Below, piece by piece: positions 1 through 13,555 of a DNA stretch of 64,000 nucleotides. This DNA comes from Octopus vulgaris. Taxonomy: Eukaryota. Location: positions 16,678,001-16,742,000 of the forward strand of contig OX597831.1 in the NCBI GenBank assembly GCA_951406725.2, read 5' to 3'. The notes beneath the pieces are model-generated. The model saw only the letters and a list, made by a program, of their open reading frames with translations. It had not been told where the DNA came from and did not search any database. The stretch's first letter is position 1, and each line of letters begins with the position of its first letter. A program made the translations under genes and the position numbers.

Positions 1-1010
1 TGGCGTAGTTTGCAGATCTAATGTCGATGTCAGACGTGAGATTTAGTTTGTAGCTCATTAACAAGCAATGAGTCGAACGGTCCGTAGATAGAAATGTTAT
101 ATATAGAATATTTTGAATAAATATTTTGTGACATGTATCATTGAGGACAACAGTGATTTAAAGGTTTGACATCCATCAATTATTTGATGATAAGGAATTT
201 TGGTTATAGTTACTGAAACTATAATTGATGTTATTGCGCTTCACGTAAATTCCATTCGGTGATGAAAGGTGATGTTTCAACAAATCTTTTAGGAAATATA
301 ATCTTCAAAGATGTCAATTTGATGAATTGCAGTGATTTTATTAATTGACAATTACGTAGTGTAAAAATAGTTTGGGTATCTCTTATGAAACTACAGGTAT
401 CTATACGACAAATTCCTGTTTATCACTACACAATCAGTTATATAACTATTAATATCGTGCAGGAACACCGTATTTCGTTATCGAACGATAATATACTAGA
501 AAGTATATTAAATGTTTTATACGATAACACTGTAATTTATCCTGTTATATCTAGAGTTTTCTGAAGAATTTATTGCCAGCACTAATTTTGTTACGATGTT
601 TTATATCTGAGACACCTGATGTATACAACAACGATGTTGGCTTTAACTTCTAATGCAAATCTGTAGAGGTAACCTTAACAAAATAATTATTTAACACTCA
701 ATATTCATTAAGTTTATATTCGTTTGCCATGTGCATTATATAACTGTATTGCATGGTGGTAAATTTAAATAAAGGATTACATCACTGACAAAATTCTGTG
801 GTTTGTCTACCACCTTTGATATTATCTGATGCTTTTCTAATAATCACGTTTCCTATATAGCACATCTATCAACAATGATGTGAGATAATGTTTATGGGTT
901 GTTTTCGAAGTGTTTAATGTTTACTAAATGTTATTTAAAAAACATATTCCTGATTGAAGTAGGAAAAAGCTTCCCAATATTGTTTTCATTTGCATTCTTT
1001 CTGTGTTTTC
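1..1010 (-). pseudogene. Decayed leucine-rich-repeat (Toll-like receptor-like ectodomain) gene fragment, running off the window start
   Basis: Minus-strand translation across frameshifts gives LRRNT-like RCSC..ITDC..NRNLSY-IP, then LSINKITAIHQIDIFEDYIS*K, YVKRNNINY, LSSNN, QTFKSLL, STLDL. A tttcag acceptor near 1010 precedes a signal-peptide-like MQMKTILGSFFLL. Many stops. Confidence 0.55.
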
Positions 1011-1185
1011 TGAAAGGTAAAACGATTTCACACAAAAATGCAGAAAGACATTAGAGAATGTTCATTGCAACAGAATATTTCATTCAGTGTGCTGTTCGTA
1101 AAGGTTTCTCTCAGAGAACTACAAATAAACAATGCCCACCCACACCCACACCCAGAAATATATCACTGACAAAATCCTGTGGTTC

Positions 1186-1275
<90 letters not shown>
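1186..1275. repeat. (TA)n microsatellite, one of many in the window
   Basis: Directly visible. Confidence 0.95.
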
Positions 1276-1278
<3 letters not shown>

Positions 1279-3744
1279 GCACGGACTTTGTCAGTGAACA
1301 GGTCGCGGATTTTAGCGACGAAAATATTTTGACAAATTAAACTTAAATGTTGGAGTGAATCGAACGGCTTTTGTGTGTTTCTTAAATGGCTTATAAACAC
1401 CTTCCACGCTGCAATTGTTTTCGTTTCAGCACACGATCTCAGATCAAATTACTTGCTATGCGAGTACATCTCCGTAATATATATACATATATATATACAT
1501 ATATATATATATTGCATGGAGTATTCAATGCCATATCACGAAATCACAAGTTATAATCATGTTTCAAATGTTTAGGTGACGTGATGTCCGCCGATTGCGT
1601 TTCTTTAGCAGCAGACATGTGCCCTGATGCCACGGTGAATTTTACAATAATAAACCCTGAATTCTGCAGGTATATATGATATTACGGCTACTATTACCAC
1701 ATATATTATTATATAGTAATTTCTTTATATCAAACCTATTACTAACATTCCTTGTAGTCTTACACTACGTGAAATAAATGTACTGGACTTCGTAAGTGCC
1801 ATCCACAGAAGTAATTAAGAGTTATCTAACATATGGATATAATAGTTGTTAAATACGATTGTTATCATCGTTCGAGCTCATTGTTATTCGTGAATTAGTG
1901 TACGGAAACGCATTCTGGTATGGCTTTTGTAAATGTTCTTCCTGTTATATTAAAAGTATAGTGACTTTCTCCATATACATTAAAAGAATGTTGGTACTCC
2001 TGTTTATTTTATCCTGAATATTAAAGAATGTTTATTCCGACAAAATATTTATTATTAACGCTGTATTTTGCATGCTATGCATATCTAATAACTTTTTTTT
2101 TGTTTGTTTTTCAGTTCATACCTGAGACATCATAAATGTCTTCATAAAATACGGAAAACATGTATTGATTTCTATGGCTACGTATATTACAATACGTGTG
2201 TCGCGGTAAGAGCAATATTTCAATGAATCGAATATACATAGGCTATCTGTTAATATTAAACTTATTAAATTAAATACGTTGATTGCATTCGTTTTGTATA
2301 CAAACATATGAGTGTGAGCGTATGCAAGTATATGTATATATAGACATATATATGTTCATATGTGCGTTTTTGTGTGTATGTGTGTACTGAAGGTATAATC
2401 TTTGAAGAAAGTGAAAGGGGGAGCTGGTCAACACCTTTCTACATTAAAAATTCTTCTTGACGTCATGTTTCCTGGCTCTTTACAGTTTGAACACAAATTC
2501 TGTCGAGTTTGATTTAGTCTTCAATCTTTTATAGTTAATAAAATCCATGCAAATAATTTTACAATCCACATGCTCTGTCTTACTCAAAAGTGCCAACATT
2601 TGAAAGGAATATATATTTTTTGAAAGTGAATATTACATTGCAGAAATATAAATAAGCTACTTATTCTTAAAAAAAAACCCACCCGAATGTTTCAATATTC
2701 ACACAACACAACATAATATTTCTCATCCCACTGCGAGAAAAGAATTTATTTCTTTTACTAATTCGTCGTGTATATTTTATAAGTTATTCAAATTTTTAAT
2801 CCATCGCTTAGTTTGAAGAATATTTCAGATTTTTAGATTTTGTGGAATGCTTTTATTTTAACGCAGACAGTCCATTTCAAAAATCTAAATAGACGTAAAC
2901 ACATTTATGATTCTTGAAAGTTTAGGAGAAGATATGCACAAAATACAATAACCAATGATGATTACTTTTACAGCATTTTTAAAAGTTGGTTCGTATAATC
3001 CTTACAACAGCTTGTAGGTATATATAATATTTGCTTTAATTGCTCCTTTGCATTACAAGTACAAAGCCTGAAATGTTTGGGTAGGGGTCTAGCCACCGAA
3101 AGGATGTAATGCAAAGTCAACATCATTTTAAATTTAATAACTGTGTTTGAAGAGTATAAGGAAAACTGATATTGTAACATGCATTTAAATATCCTAGAGT
3201 TTAAACCTACCAGAGTCCTATCATAGTGTTATTTAGTGCTAACAACGAGATTTGTACGATAGTGGAATTTTAAATGGTAAATGTATATTTGATTTTATGA
3301 AGGTAATAAAAATATAATTGATTTAATATATTTTTCGGAACTCGGTTCTCACAAACTTCTGTAATTTTATTTCCAGCAAATAAACTCCAGCAAAGAAAAT
3401 CAGGTATTCATTTAAATTTCATAAGCTCAGTATCAAACTATGTTTCAATTGTGCATTCAACGATAACACATTTAATTTCACTATAGCTTAGATAAATATT
3501 ACGCCATTGCAATATGCGAAGAATCATAACCTAAATGTGATCCAAATTTTCCTGGCAGTGTTTTATTATCATCCATGATTATAAGTGGTTCACATCGTTA
3601 CATACCATCCCTGTCTTCTCTACAATAGTGAGCATTCTTCACGTTTTTGCAACATATAAAAAACAGAAACTCATAAGGTGAGGTTACCCTCATTACCATG
3701 ATCTGGAACCCACACTTGAGATTCCAGCCGCAAGTAATTTGAAA

Positions 3745-4080
3745 ATTTCGTTTTTGGATTTGCTTTGTAAGATTCTTTGCAAGATATGAGTTCGTGTGTT
3801 GAAACATATTCTGTTGTGTCTGGAGAGAGTCATTTTCTTTTTGAGCCTTGCAATTTAACACAATCACCGGTAATATTTCCACTTATTTTTTATTCATATT
3901 TTCGTAAAATTTTCGTTGCATCTTGCAACCGCTTCAATAGTCTTGAGTATTGAAAATTTGCAAGACGCAACGAAAATTTTAGGAAAATAAAAATAAATAT
4001 TAAGTGGAAAGATTACCAGTGATTGTGTTAAATTGCAAGGCACAAAAAGAAAATGACTCTCCCTAGACACAACAGAATAT
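3745..4080. repeat. Dispersed repeat forming a palindrome with about 135-bp arms; probably a Penelope-like terminal repeat
   Basis: 3806-3940 is the reverse complement of about 3947-4080; related copies at 22155-22407 and 51931-52129. Confidence 0.75.
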
Positions 4081-4569
4081 ACTAGATAATATAATATATG
4101 ATGTGTGTGTGTGAATATGTTTTCAGCATGTGACTCTGCCTGTTTACGTGCGTGTTTCTGCATACTCACAATTCCTCCTAGGATTGCATATATGGAATAA
4201 CATCAGAATCGTTGGTTGTGTGTAATGCTTTCTGTTTACGCTGAGCATTCTTGTATAGGAACACGTACGAATTATACATTTACCCTTTTTTTGTATTCTC
4301 TTTTAAGATTCCGTTCATGTTCATTGCTGGAGCAGTGATTGTATTTGCAATGCATAATTACAGACTTTGGACAGAATAAAATTTCCTACAGAATATTCGT
4401 GGTTTTCTTTATTATTATTTGTCATAGTTGCCTCATTGAAAGGTTCAGTTATTTCGTTTTTGTCGTAATCGCCCAGCTTAATTCCGGAAGTAAAAGTTCC
4501 ATCATTCCAATAAATGTCATTTCGAATAAATGCATTAACAATAATCCTTTCTACACAAGGCATGGAAGT

Positions 4570-4752
<183 letters not shown>

Positions 4753-7700
4753 GAGAACACCGGGGGACGTTTACGGAGAACACCGGGGGACGTTTAAGAT
4801 GTAAGAAGGAAAATACAGAGCTCCGAAATCTATCCACAAACATCGAAAACAAGGACATCCTATGGAGCCAAAGTTTTACTAACAAAGAATTGGACTGTAT
4901 CCGAGTAAGTAATACAAATTGAAATTTATTGCTATTTTCGAAACGAAATGATGTATTTTGACTCGATATCATCTCCACCTCTAACGCAACACATGTAAAC
5001 ATGCGTGAAACATCACGATCATCTCCGACCCCAAACACCATGTACAAAGGAACTACGAAGAAATTAAATGCCACCAATATTATTCAACCCAAGAATAACA
5101 AAAGAGCGGTACGTACATTAAACTTACAACACAAAATGTACGAAAACTACACGTGCAAAACAATGTGACAACAGAAATGAACGGACCGGTACCCTACGAA
5201 AATGACGACCGTCAAAATAATGGGCCGGATGTTGTACCTCATGTCCCGCAAATAAAACCCAAAAGACATAAATGTACACGTGAGGAATACATTTCTATCT
5301 TACACGCATACTTCACAGCAGTGCTCTACCCAAAAAATGAAAACACAACAACACATACATATAAAATATGGAAGGAAAACAACATAAATATAGGCTTGGA
5401 TACAGCAATGAACACTAATAAATTAGCTAACGTACGAAGATACATTCTCAAAGCCAAAAAAATATCAGAAATAGAAATAGAACATTTAAAAGAAAAAATA
5501 CGCCAGGAAAATGTAGATAGAAGCCACACAACAATGCCCAATAATATAAACACTGAAACAGTAAAACACGAAGACAAACGAAACATTCCCAACAAACACG
5601 ATGTAAACAACGAAGGGGAGCCTAATGATTATGATAATATAAAAAGTAAAATAATCAAAGAACTGAAAACCACAGAGCTCAAAATGTACCACCGACCATA
5701 CCTCCCAAGAATCAAAATAAACAAAATAACAACACCTATTATAAACAGCATAAACCTAGCCGTCACGGAACTAATAGCCACTGAAAGAAAAAGCGATATC
5801 ACTGAGCTAAATGATTAATATACGCAGCAGCCACTGCAGCCACAAAAGAAGCTGGATACTCACTCAAACCCACCCAAACAGGAGTACCACCACCCAAACA
5901 AAACCAAATCAGCAAACAATCAACGCTACTAAGCAACATGAAGAAAAAAAAATACTCCGCAAATATAACATCACAGAAAAAGATTTACCTGAGATAAAAG
6001 AAAAGCTGAAGCAAGATATCCTTGCCAAAGCACAAAGGATCCGCCGGTACGAGAAACGCCAGCGCTTCTTTGAACAAAACAAAAAGTTCAACTCCAACCC
6101 CAAAAAGTTCTACCAAGAACTTGGCAAAGATAAAATAGAAATCACTGCAGCACGAACGGCAGAGGAAGTGGAAGATTTCTGGAGAGAAATATGGTCGACG
6201 AACGAACAAACAGAAAAAAAGGAGTATCAAAAAAACAAACTCGGCATCTGAACAACTTTAGTTCCCCATAACAACTGAAGAGGTCACCCAGGCACTGCAA
6301 AGACTAAGCAACTGGAAGGCACCTGGGCATGACAAGATCCCCAACTTCTGGTTGAAATATCTAACAGGAATGCACAAAAAGCTGGCTGAAACTTTAACAG
6401 CATACTAGCAGAGTCAGAGACAATGCCTGAATGGCTCACGAAGGGGAAAACCATCTTAATTCCCAAATCAAACGAGACAGCAAAACCAGAAAACTACAGA
6501 CCATTAATCTGTCTCCCTACAATGTTCAAGGCATTTACTGCAGTGATATCGCACATGTTGAACAAGCACCTGGACGAAAACAAACTGTTCCCAGAAGAGC
6601 AGAAAGGATGCCGCAAAGGCTCGTTTGGCTGTAAAGATCAACTATTGATTAATAAAGCCATAACTGAAGACAGCCAAAGAAAGAAGAAAGGCCTCAGTAT
6701 TGCCTGGATTGACTACAAAAAGGCGTTTGATAGCATCCCCTACACATGGATCCTCGAAACACTAGCCATTAACAAAGTAAAACCAACAATCATAAAATTC
6801 ATAGAGCACTCTATGAATAAATGGCAAACAGTGCTACACCTCCAAACAAAAGAGGGACTCATGAAAACCAAAGACATCCCCATTAGAAGAGGAATATTCC
6901 AGGGAGACACGCTCTCTGCACTCCTTTTCTGCTTGGCACTGTCACCTCTATCTGATATGCAAAATAGAACTGGATGCGGATATAAATTTTACGGCAAAAC
7001 GATCAGCCACCTTTTATATATGGATGACCTAAAACTATACGCTGCAAATGACAAACAGCTGACAACAATATTAAAGACAGTTCATGGATTTACCAAAGAA
7101 ATAGATATGAAATTTGGATTAGAAAAATGCGCCAAAGTAACCATGAAAAGAGGAAAACTAGTTAAGAGTAACAACATCACACTAGATAAAACCAATGAAA
7201 TAACAGAATTAGACCAAAGCCAAACTTACAAATACTTAGGAATCCATGAACTAGATAAGACACAACTCACACAAATGAAAGAGAAAATAAAAAAAAGAAT
7301 ATTATAGACGAGTTAGATGAATACTAAAAACAGAGCTCAATGCTAAAAACAAGATAATAGGTATTAACACTTTAGCTGTCCCAGTTATAAGTTACAGCTA
7401 CAATGTCCTTAACTGCACACGAAATGAACTGACCAAAATAGATAGGAAAACAAGAAAAATAATGACAGGATCTAGGATGCATCACCCAAAATCTGACATA
7501 GAAAAACTATATATACAAGGTATATAAGGTGGTAGAGGACTTATACAACTGGAAAACTACTATAAAATAACCACCATAGGACTGCAAAAATATCTACTTC
7601 AGAAGGAAAGATAACTGATACAAATAGCGGCAAAATACGAGCAAAACAAAAAACTGTTCTCAGTATTTAAGGAAGCTGACAAATACAAACAAAAAATCAT

Positions 7701-8740
7701 ACCACCTAATAAATATAAAGAAGAAGAAGAAGAAGAAGAAGAAGAAGAAGAAGAAGAAGAAGAAGAAGAAGAAGAAGAAGAAGAAGAAGAAGAAGAAGAA
7801 GAAACAACAAAAGCTATAAAACAAATGAAATCCAAACTAAAAATAGAACAGCAACGAACCATGATAAAACGATGGCAAGAAAAGCCCCTTCAAGGTAAAT
7901 ACTGGACTAAACTAAACGCAAAAGAAATAAACAAAGAAAAATCCCAGCAATGGTTGAGAAGCTCAGGACTCAAAGCAGAGACAGAGAGATTTTTAATTGC
8001 AGCACAAGACCAAAGCCTCCCCACCAGAAATTACCAAAAACATGTAATGAAAAGAAATATTACAAGTAACTGCAGAATATGTGGAGATGGACAAGAAACA
8101 ATAAATCATATTATCTCTAGCTGCCCAGTCCTGGCTAAGAAGGAATATATTTACAGACATGACAGAGTTAGAACCTACATACATTGGAAGCTATGCCAAC
8201 GTTATGGAATAACAACAGAAAAAAGATGGTATAGGCACACACCAGAAAAGGTCACAGAAAACGAGAAAGCAACCATACTCTGGGATATGCCAATATACAC
8301 AGATAGAGAAATTAAGGCCAACAGGCCAGATATAGTTGTCAGAGATCATGAAGAAAAAAAATGTCTCCTAATTGATGTATCAATACCGGTAGATGACAAA
8401 GTGTCTCTAAAAGAAATGGAGAAACTCTCAAAATACAAAGACCTGGAAATAGAGGTTACCGGAATGTGGAATCTAAAAACATAAACAATATCTATCATAG
8501 TAGGTGCATTAGGCATGATAAAAAATATTCAGACAAATACATAACAAAAACACCAGCACTTACAAACACATATAACATACATAACATTGCACTACTAGGC
8601 ACTGCACACATCCTACGCAGAACACTTTCCATACAATAACCATCAGAGCATCACAACAAATCACAGCAGATACCAAAGGCACACAGAGCTGCGCTCAGTA
8701 GTGAAGTGAAAGCACGCTATAAAAATAAAACTACTGAATG
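4753..8740 (+). mobile_element. Near full-length R4/Dong-clade non-LTR retrotransposon (RT plus restriction-like endonuclease), frameshifted; family A
   Basis: ORFs 5153-5818, 5811-6251, 6423-7307 (WIDYKKAFDS, GIFQGD, YMDD) and 7825-8484 (CRIC..H..C, RHD, RPDIVV..DVS..EKLSKY); flanked by (TAA)n on both sides. Confidence 0.92.
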
Positions 8741-9074
8741 GTAATAATATTAATGATAATAATAATAATAATAATAATGTTGATAATAAAGGAAGAACTA
8801 TAAAGTGCATGGTTGCGCTGTTGGGATAAAAACACATGATAATTTCCTGGTCAAAGACGTGTTTGCACGGGAACTGGGGATGTAACAGCGTACTTGAAAG
8901 TCTCTCGCGCGACGGTGATCCAGTAAAGATGTAGCTTGACCTCTTTTGCAATTCTAAGTAGTAAAAGGAATGTGTTAATCTCGGGAGACTGAGGACCTGC
9001 GGCCGAATAAATCGTGTCAGCTGCTTATGGTGGAGCAGCTTCTGTTAAGGTTGTACAGTCGCACACAGGAGTTG

Positions 9075-10805
9075 CAGTCACGTATAGAACGACTCATTTG
9101 AAGGACGTCTCTGCTGGTGAGACTGATTTTTCCTTCCGTCCAGTGCACTTTTCTTTAGTGTTACTGTTTTACTTCCGTTCGCTTCATTAACTTTCTCGGT
9201 ATTTGTCTCTGGTGTGGATGTTCGGTGGTAAGCTAGTGATAGAGAGTTTAGATGGTTTCTGGCTTCGATGACACTTGAAGAATTAGGTTTGCTCTGGCCC
9301 CATCTCTTCTTTTTTGGGAAGAGTAGCCAGTGCAACTTCGTCTGTTGATTTGATGAGGCTGCTGTAGACTTCTTCAATGTTCTCAGCATCTATTTCAGAA
9401 GTAGACAATGATTGAAATTTGTTATAGACTTCAATAGTAAATTGCTTGGGCATATCAGGGTTAGACGAGACTTCCTCTTAGTCGATCGTTTTCATCGGGT
9501 GAGGCTTAGCTTTTTTGGATGAGCGAAGACTAAGCTTAACGGTAGCTGATACAATTCTGTGGTCAGAGCCAACAGAACTAAAGGAAGAGTAGGATCTCGA
9601 GTCTTTGACACTATTGCGCCATTTCTTTCGAAAAATGAGGTAGTCAATTTGTGCCCTATCACCAAGTGGGGACTCGAAAGCCCAAAGTTGTCCTTTTGGT
9701 TTCATAAAATAATTGTTGGAGGTGTAAAGATTAAATTCCTCTAAAACGTCTTTGAGCATTTCCCCGTTCCGATTAGTTTTAGAGTTGAAAGTAAACTTGG
9801 TTTCATCGGGTCCTAGTTTAGCGTTCAGATCAGCAGCTATAACTAGAAAATTATGGAAAGGTACTTGCTCAATGGTTGAACGAAGGGTTGTATAAAAATT
9901 CTCAATCTCGTCTGCCACAGACGAAATATTAGGGCCATACACACATACCAATGTTGTTTTCGGGTTTCCATCAATCTCAAGCACCATAATTCTGAGCAAG
10001 ATTGACCCTATACTCAAGAGAGAATCACTGGCTTTTGATGAAAGTAGAAAGCCGATACCTCCAACTGTTGAAATAACAGTATTCCTCGATGCTGAGGAGG
10101 TTACAAATGGTATTTGGGGATGTCGTCAGGGTGATAGAATCGGTGTTCTTGGACAGCTATTGCATCAATGCCGTGTGATTCTGCCTTTGCACCAAGTTCT
10201 TCTAAACGGCCGAGCGAACCAAGGGTGCGGGCATTGAAGGTGCTGAGTATCGTATGATTTTTACAGCTGATAAGATGTTTGGTTGGTTTGGAGCTGACTG
10301 TTCTCCATCAGTTGATACCCGTCCGTTAAAATTGAGGGCATCACCGTGATTGGATGCCCTTGGAGGTGCAACGTGATCAGAGGGAGGACGCGGTAAAGCA
10401 GGGGCTGGACCTACATCCACAGGTATACCATTAAGTCTGGTTCCCTGGGGAAGAGGAACCCTGGTGCAGTTAATTGTAAATTCCATAGTCTTTTCAAATG
10501 GCTAATAATGTGTGCGCGCGCCACTACAACACGCACTGGAAAGCATTGTACAACCAAGTACTAAAGATCTTTCCTCCTCCATGAAACAAAACTGTTCCCG
10601 CAGGACGTCAACCCAGTATTTCTAAGCTACGGACCGAGTGATTTGTTGTAAGGTTGTCTCCCTAGACAGATTGCCTTCACTACGGCTAAGGAACCCTTTC
10701 TACCCTATTGCCATAGGTTGTACTGGTTTACAGTTTACCAGTAGTAGGATCCGATGCTGCATACATCGGACCTGACATGACTAGGGCAGCCTAATAGCTT
10801 TTGGC
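9075..10805 (-). mobile_element. RTE-like LINE 5' part (5' UTR plus AP endonuclease), truncated
   Basis: ORF 9478-10017 has VYGP, DLNAKLG, NRNGEML, QIDYLI and SDHRIV APE motifs. Confidence 0.8.
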
Positions 10806-11468
10806 TTCACTTCATTTCATAAGGCCAAGGAAGGGGGATAAAGAGAATGAGGAAATTAGAAAAAGAGAAGGAAAGATATAAGAAAGATAATGGGAGAGAA
10901 TAGAAAGAGAAGAGACGAATATAGGGGGCAGCACCAGTGAAGGAGGAGGAACTGGGAAAAAGAGTTAACTTAAGGGATGGTAACAAATTCCTGGACAGCA
11001 GAGAACATAAGAAAGCCCATGAAGTATGTGTGAGAATAGACAACTGTTATAGCTGCGGGAGGAGGGATATCCAGTAGGAAAACACAGTAGAGATATCCGG
11101 TACTGGTGGTGGGGGTGGGGGCACAGCTAACAAGCAAGTTAACTTAGGGACGATGTGATGACATGTACGGAATTAAACAAGGGGAGGAACGAGTAATTTA
11201 CTTAACGAAATTCTAAGATATGGAATTAAAGTTATCCAGCATATTATTGTAACAGAGCATCAGTATATTTCTGAGTAAGAAGAAGGAAATGAAAAAAAAG
11301 AAGATAAGAAAATACTGATGTAGAGCTATTTCGAAAATGAACTTAAATTAATGAAGCACAGAATACGTATGTTAGCAATTTGGGTATGTTTCAAGTAGCA
11401 GGGCAGGTGATAAAGAGCCAGGTCAAAGCTACAGTTCTATGTTTAACCACTACGCCATATGCCACGGA

Positions 11469-11537
11469 CATATGGCGTAGTGGTTCAGAGCGCGGGCTAC
11501 TAAGCCAGCATACCGAGTTCGATTCCAGGCAGTGACC
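11469..11537 (+). mobile_element. tRNA-derived SINE head fragment
   Basis: Box A TGGCGTAGTGG and box B GAGTTCGATTCC; no complete cloverleaf. Confidence 0.6.
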
Positions 11538-11553
11538 TTACTACTACTACTAC

Positions 11554-11591
<38 letters not shown>

Positions 11592-11659
11592 GTGATAATA
11601 ATAATAATAATAATAATATCAATAATAATAATATTAATAATAATAAATATAATAATAAT

Positions 11660-12600
11660 AAAACCTCTCTATGGCAAATACCCAAAGAGAGCGAATAATG
11701 CAGATATTGACAAAGCCCTGACCCATCAATGGCTAATGGCCTCTGGCTTAAAATCTGAAACAGAAGGGTTTATCATAGCAGCTCAAGATCAATGCCTACC
11801 AATAAGAAACTACCAGGCCAACATATTAAAGAACGGCAGTAGCCCAAATGTCGTGTATGTCGACAACAAAATGAAACCATTGATCATGTTGTCTCCAAGT
11901 GCAGTCTTCTAGCGCCTACAGAGTACCTCAACAGGCATGATAGAGCTGCACAATATATTCACTGGGTAATTTGCAAAAACCTGGATTTGCCACATGAAAA
12001 AATCTGGTGGGAACACAATCCACCTCCAGTGCTTGAAAAGGACCACATCTCACTCCTCTGGAACTTCACCATTCAAACTGACAGGAAGATAGATGCAAAT
12101 AGGTCAGACATCATATTGAAAGACTTCAGACAAAGAACATGCCTCCTCATTGATATGACTGTCCCAATCGATATAAACGTATCTGTCAAGACCTACCAAA
12201 AACTGAGCAAATATAAAGATCTTGAAAGAGAAATGAGCAAAATGTGAGAACCTGAAGACTAAAACAATACCTGTTGTCATAGGTGCCCTGGGAATGATTG
12301 CTACCTAACTCAGACACTAGGAAACCTCAAAATGGCAAAAATTCAAAAGATAGTGCTCATGGGAACTGCTCATATCCTACGCAAAATACTCTCTATGTAA
12401 TCCCAAGGTTTAAAACAAACTTTTTTTTAAAAATTTATTTATTAGACATTCACTAGTACAACACCAAATAAAAACCCCAAATATATGGCACACTAGGCAT
12501 AATAACAACGTGAACTTCCAACCTGTTGTCCCTTGAGGTCTCTGGGTGAGACTTGGAGCCAACTTGTACAAACATAAAGCAAAAGTCAAACATAGAATAA
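11660..12600 (+). mobile_element. 5'-truncated R4/Dong element, family B
   Basis: LKSETEGFIIAAQDQ, RHD and KLSKYKDL motifs; (TAA)n at both ends. Confidence 0.88.
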
Positions 12601-12611
12601 TAATTATAATA

Positions 12612-12740
12612 TTGAAAAATATGTTAGGGATGAGATATTTTCCTTAAGACACCTGATGAAGTCTGGAGGGATTACCTGCCGAAACGGTGTTAACAGTAAA
12701 GGAGACGAGGACAAATATCTGTCAAATGTAAATAACGTAC
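12612..12740 (+). mobile_element. Penelope-like terminal fragment with degenerate hammerhead motif
   Basis: CTGATGA at 12653 followed by a hairpin and GAAAC. Confidence 0.4.
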
Positions 12741-12741
12741 A

Positions 12742-13555
12742 GCTTAATGCTATTAGGAGAAAAAAGTGGATAAGAGAATTGGAGTGGAACAGATCACAAG
12801 AGTATTAAAGAGAGAGAAGGTAACGAAGAGCAGCGAGAGAAGCCAAAGAAGGAACTACAAGTCAAAAGAAACTACAAGTAAAATAATAGCTGAAAGGGAA
12901 ACTGACACCACTGATTTAAGCTATGAAGAGGATTATAGATGAGTTGCATGCAGCAATGTGTAAAGAAGATTTGAAATGGCTACCAGTATTAAATTATGTT
13001 AACAGAAGTTGCTACAAATTATTAGGAAAGTAGATTCTGCTATGTGTATCATATGCACTCATGATATAGGTGGCAGTGAAATACGGATTTACGCAGGAGG
13101 GTTAGTAGTTACTAGAAGATAAGTTATTCTTAAGGAGAAAATAGGAAATAGCGGATTTAGAAAATGAGATTAGAAAATGATGTAAAATCTTTAAAACGAG
13201 ATTTCAGTAGAGTACAAGTCTGGAAACAGAAGTTAGGAAACATAAAATTTAAATCTAATTTTAAATCTCAATTTAAATCGAGAAAAAGACTTAGTTAAAG
13301 AGAAAGGGTGTGGAATAGTTATGGAAGAGCTGAAACGGTATAACATCGCAAGGGGCGGTATGCTTTCCGGATATCAGAAAATAATAGATCAGTATCAGCA
13401 AAATAGATTGTCTGAGACAGACTAAAGCAGATTTGTGTTTGGAAAAATAGTGTAAAAACTACTGAAGCTTAGACGCCTAATACAGACGAAGCTAGCAGAT
13501 TCTGGAGTGATACTTAGGATAAGGCAGTTAATTATAATGGGGATGCAGCATACCT
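12742..13555 (+). mobile_element. Old degraded R4/Dong-like fragment (N-terminal ORF region)
   Basis: LNAIRRKKWIRELE and RYQKIIDQYQQNRL..FW motifs parallel the element at 5153-6251. Confidence 0.5.

Noticed and set aside
1576-1669. Candidate plus-strand exon (ag..gt, open frame DVMSADC..PEFC)
   Set aside because: No recognisable homology or partner exons
11469-11537. Possible tRNA gene
   Set aside because: Only A/B boxes, no acceptor stem closure; typical SINE head
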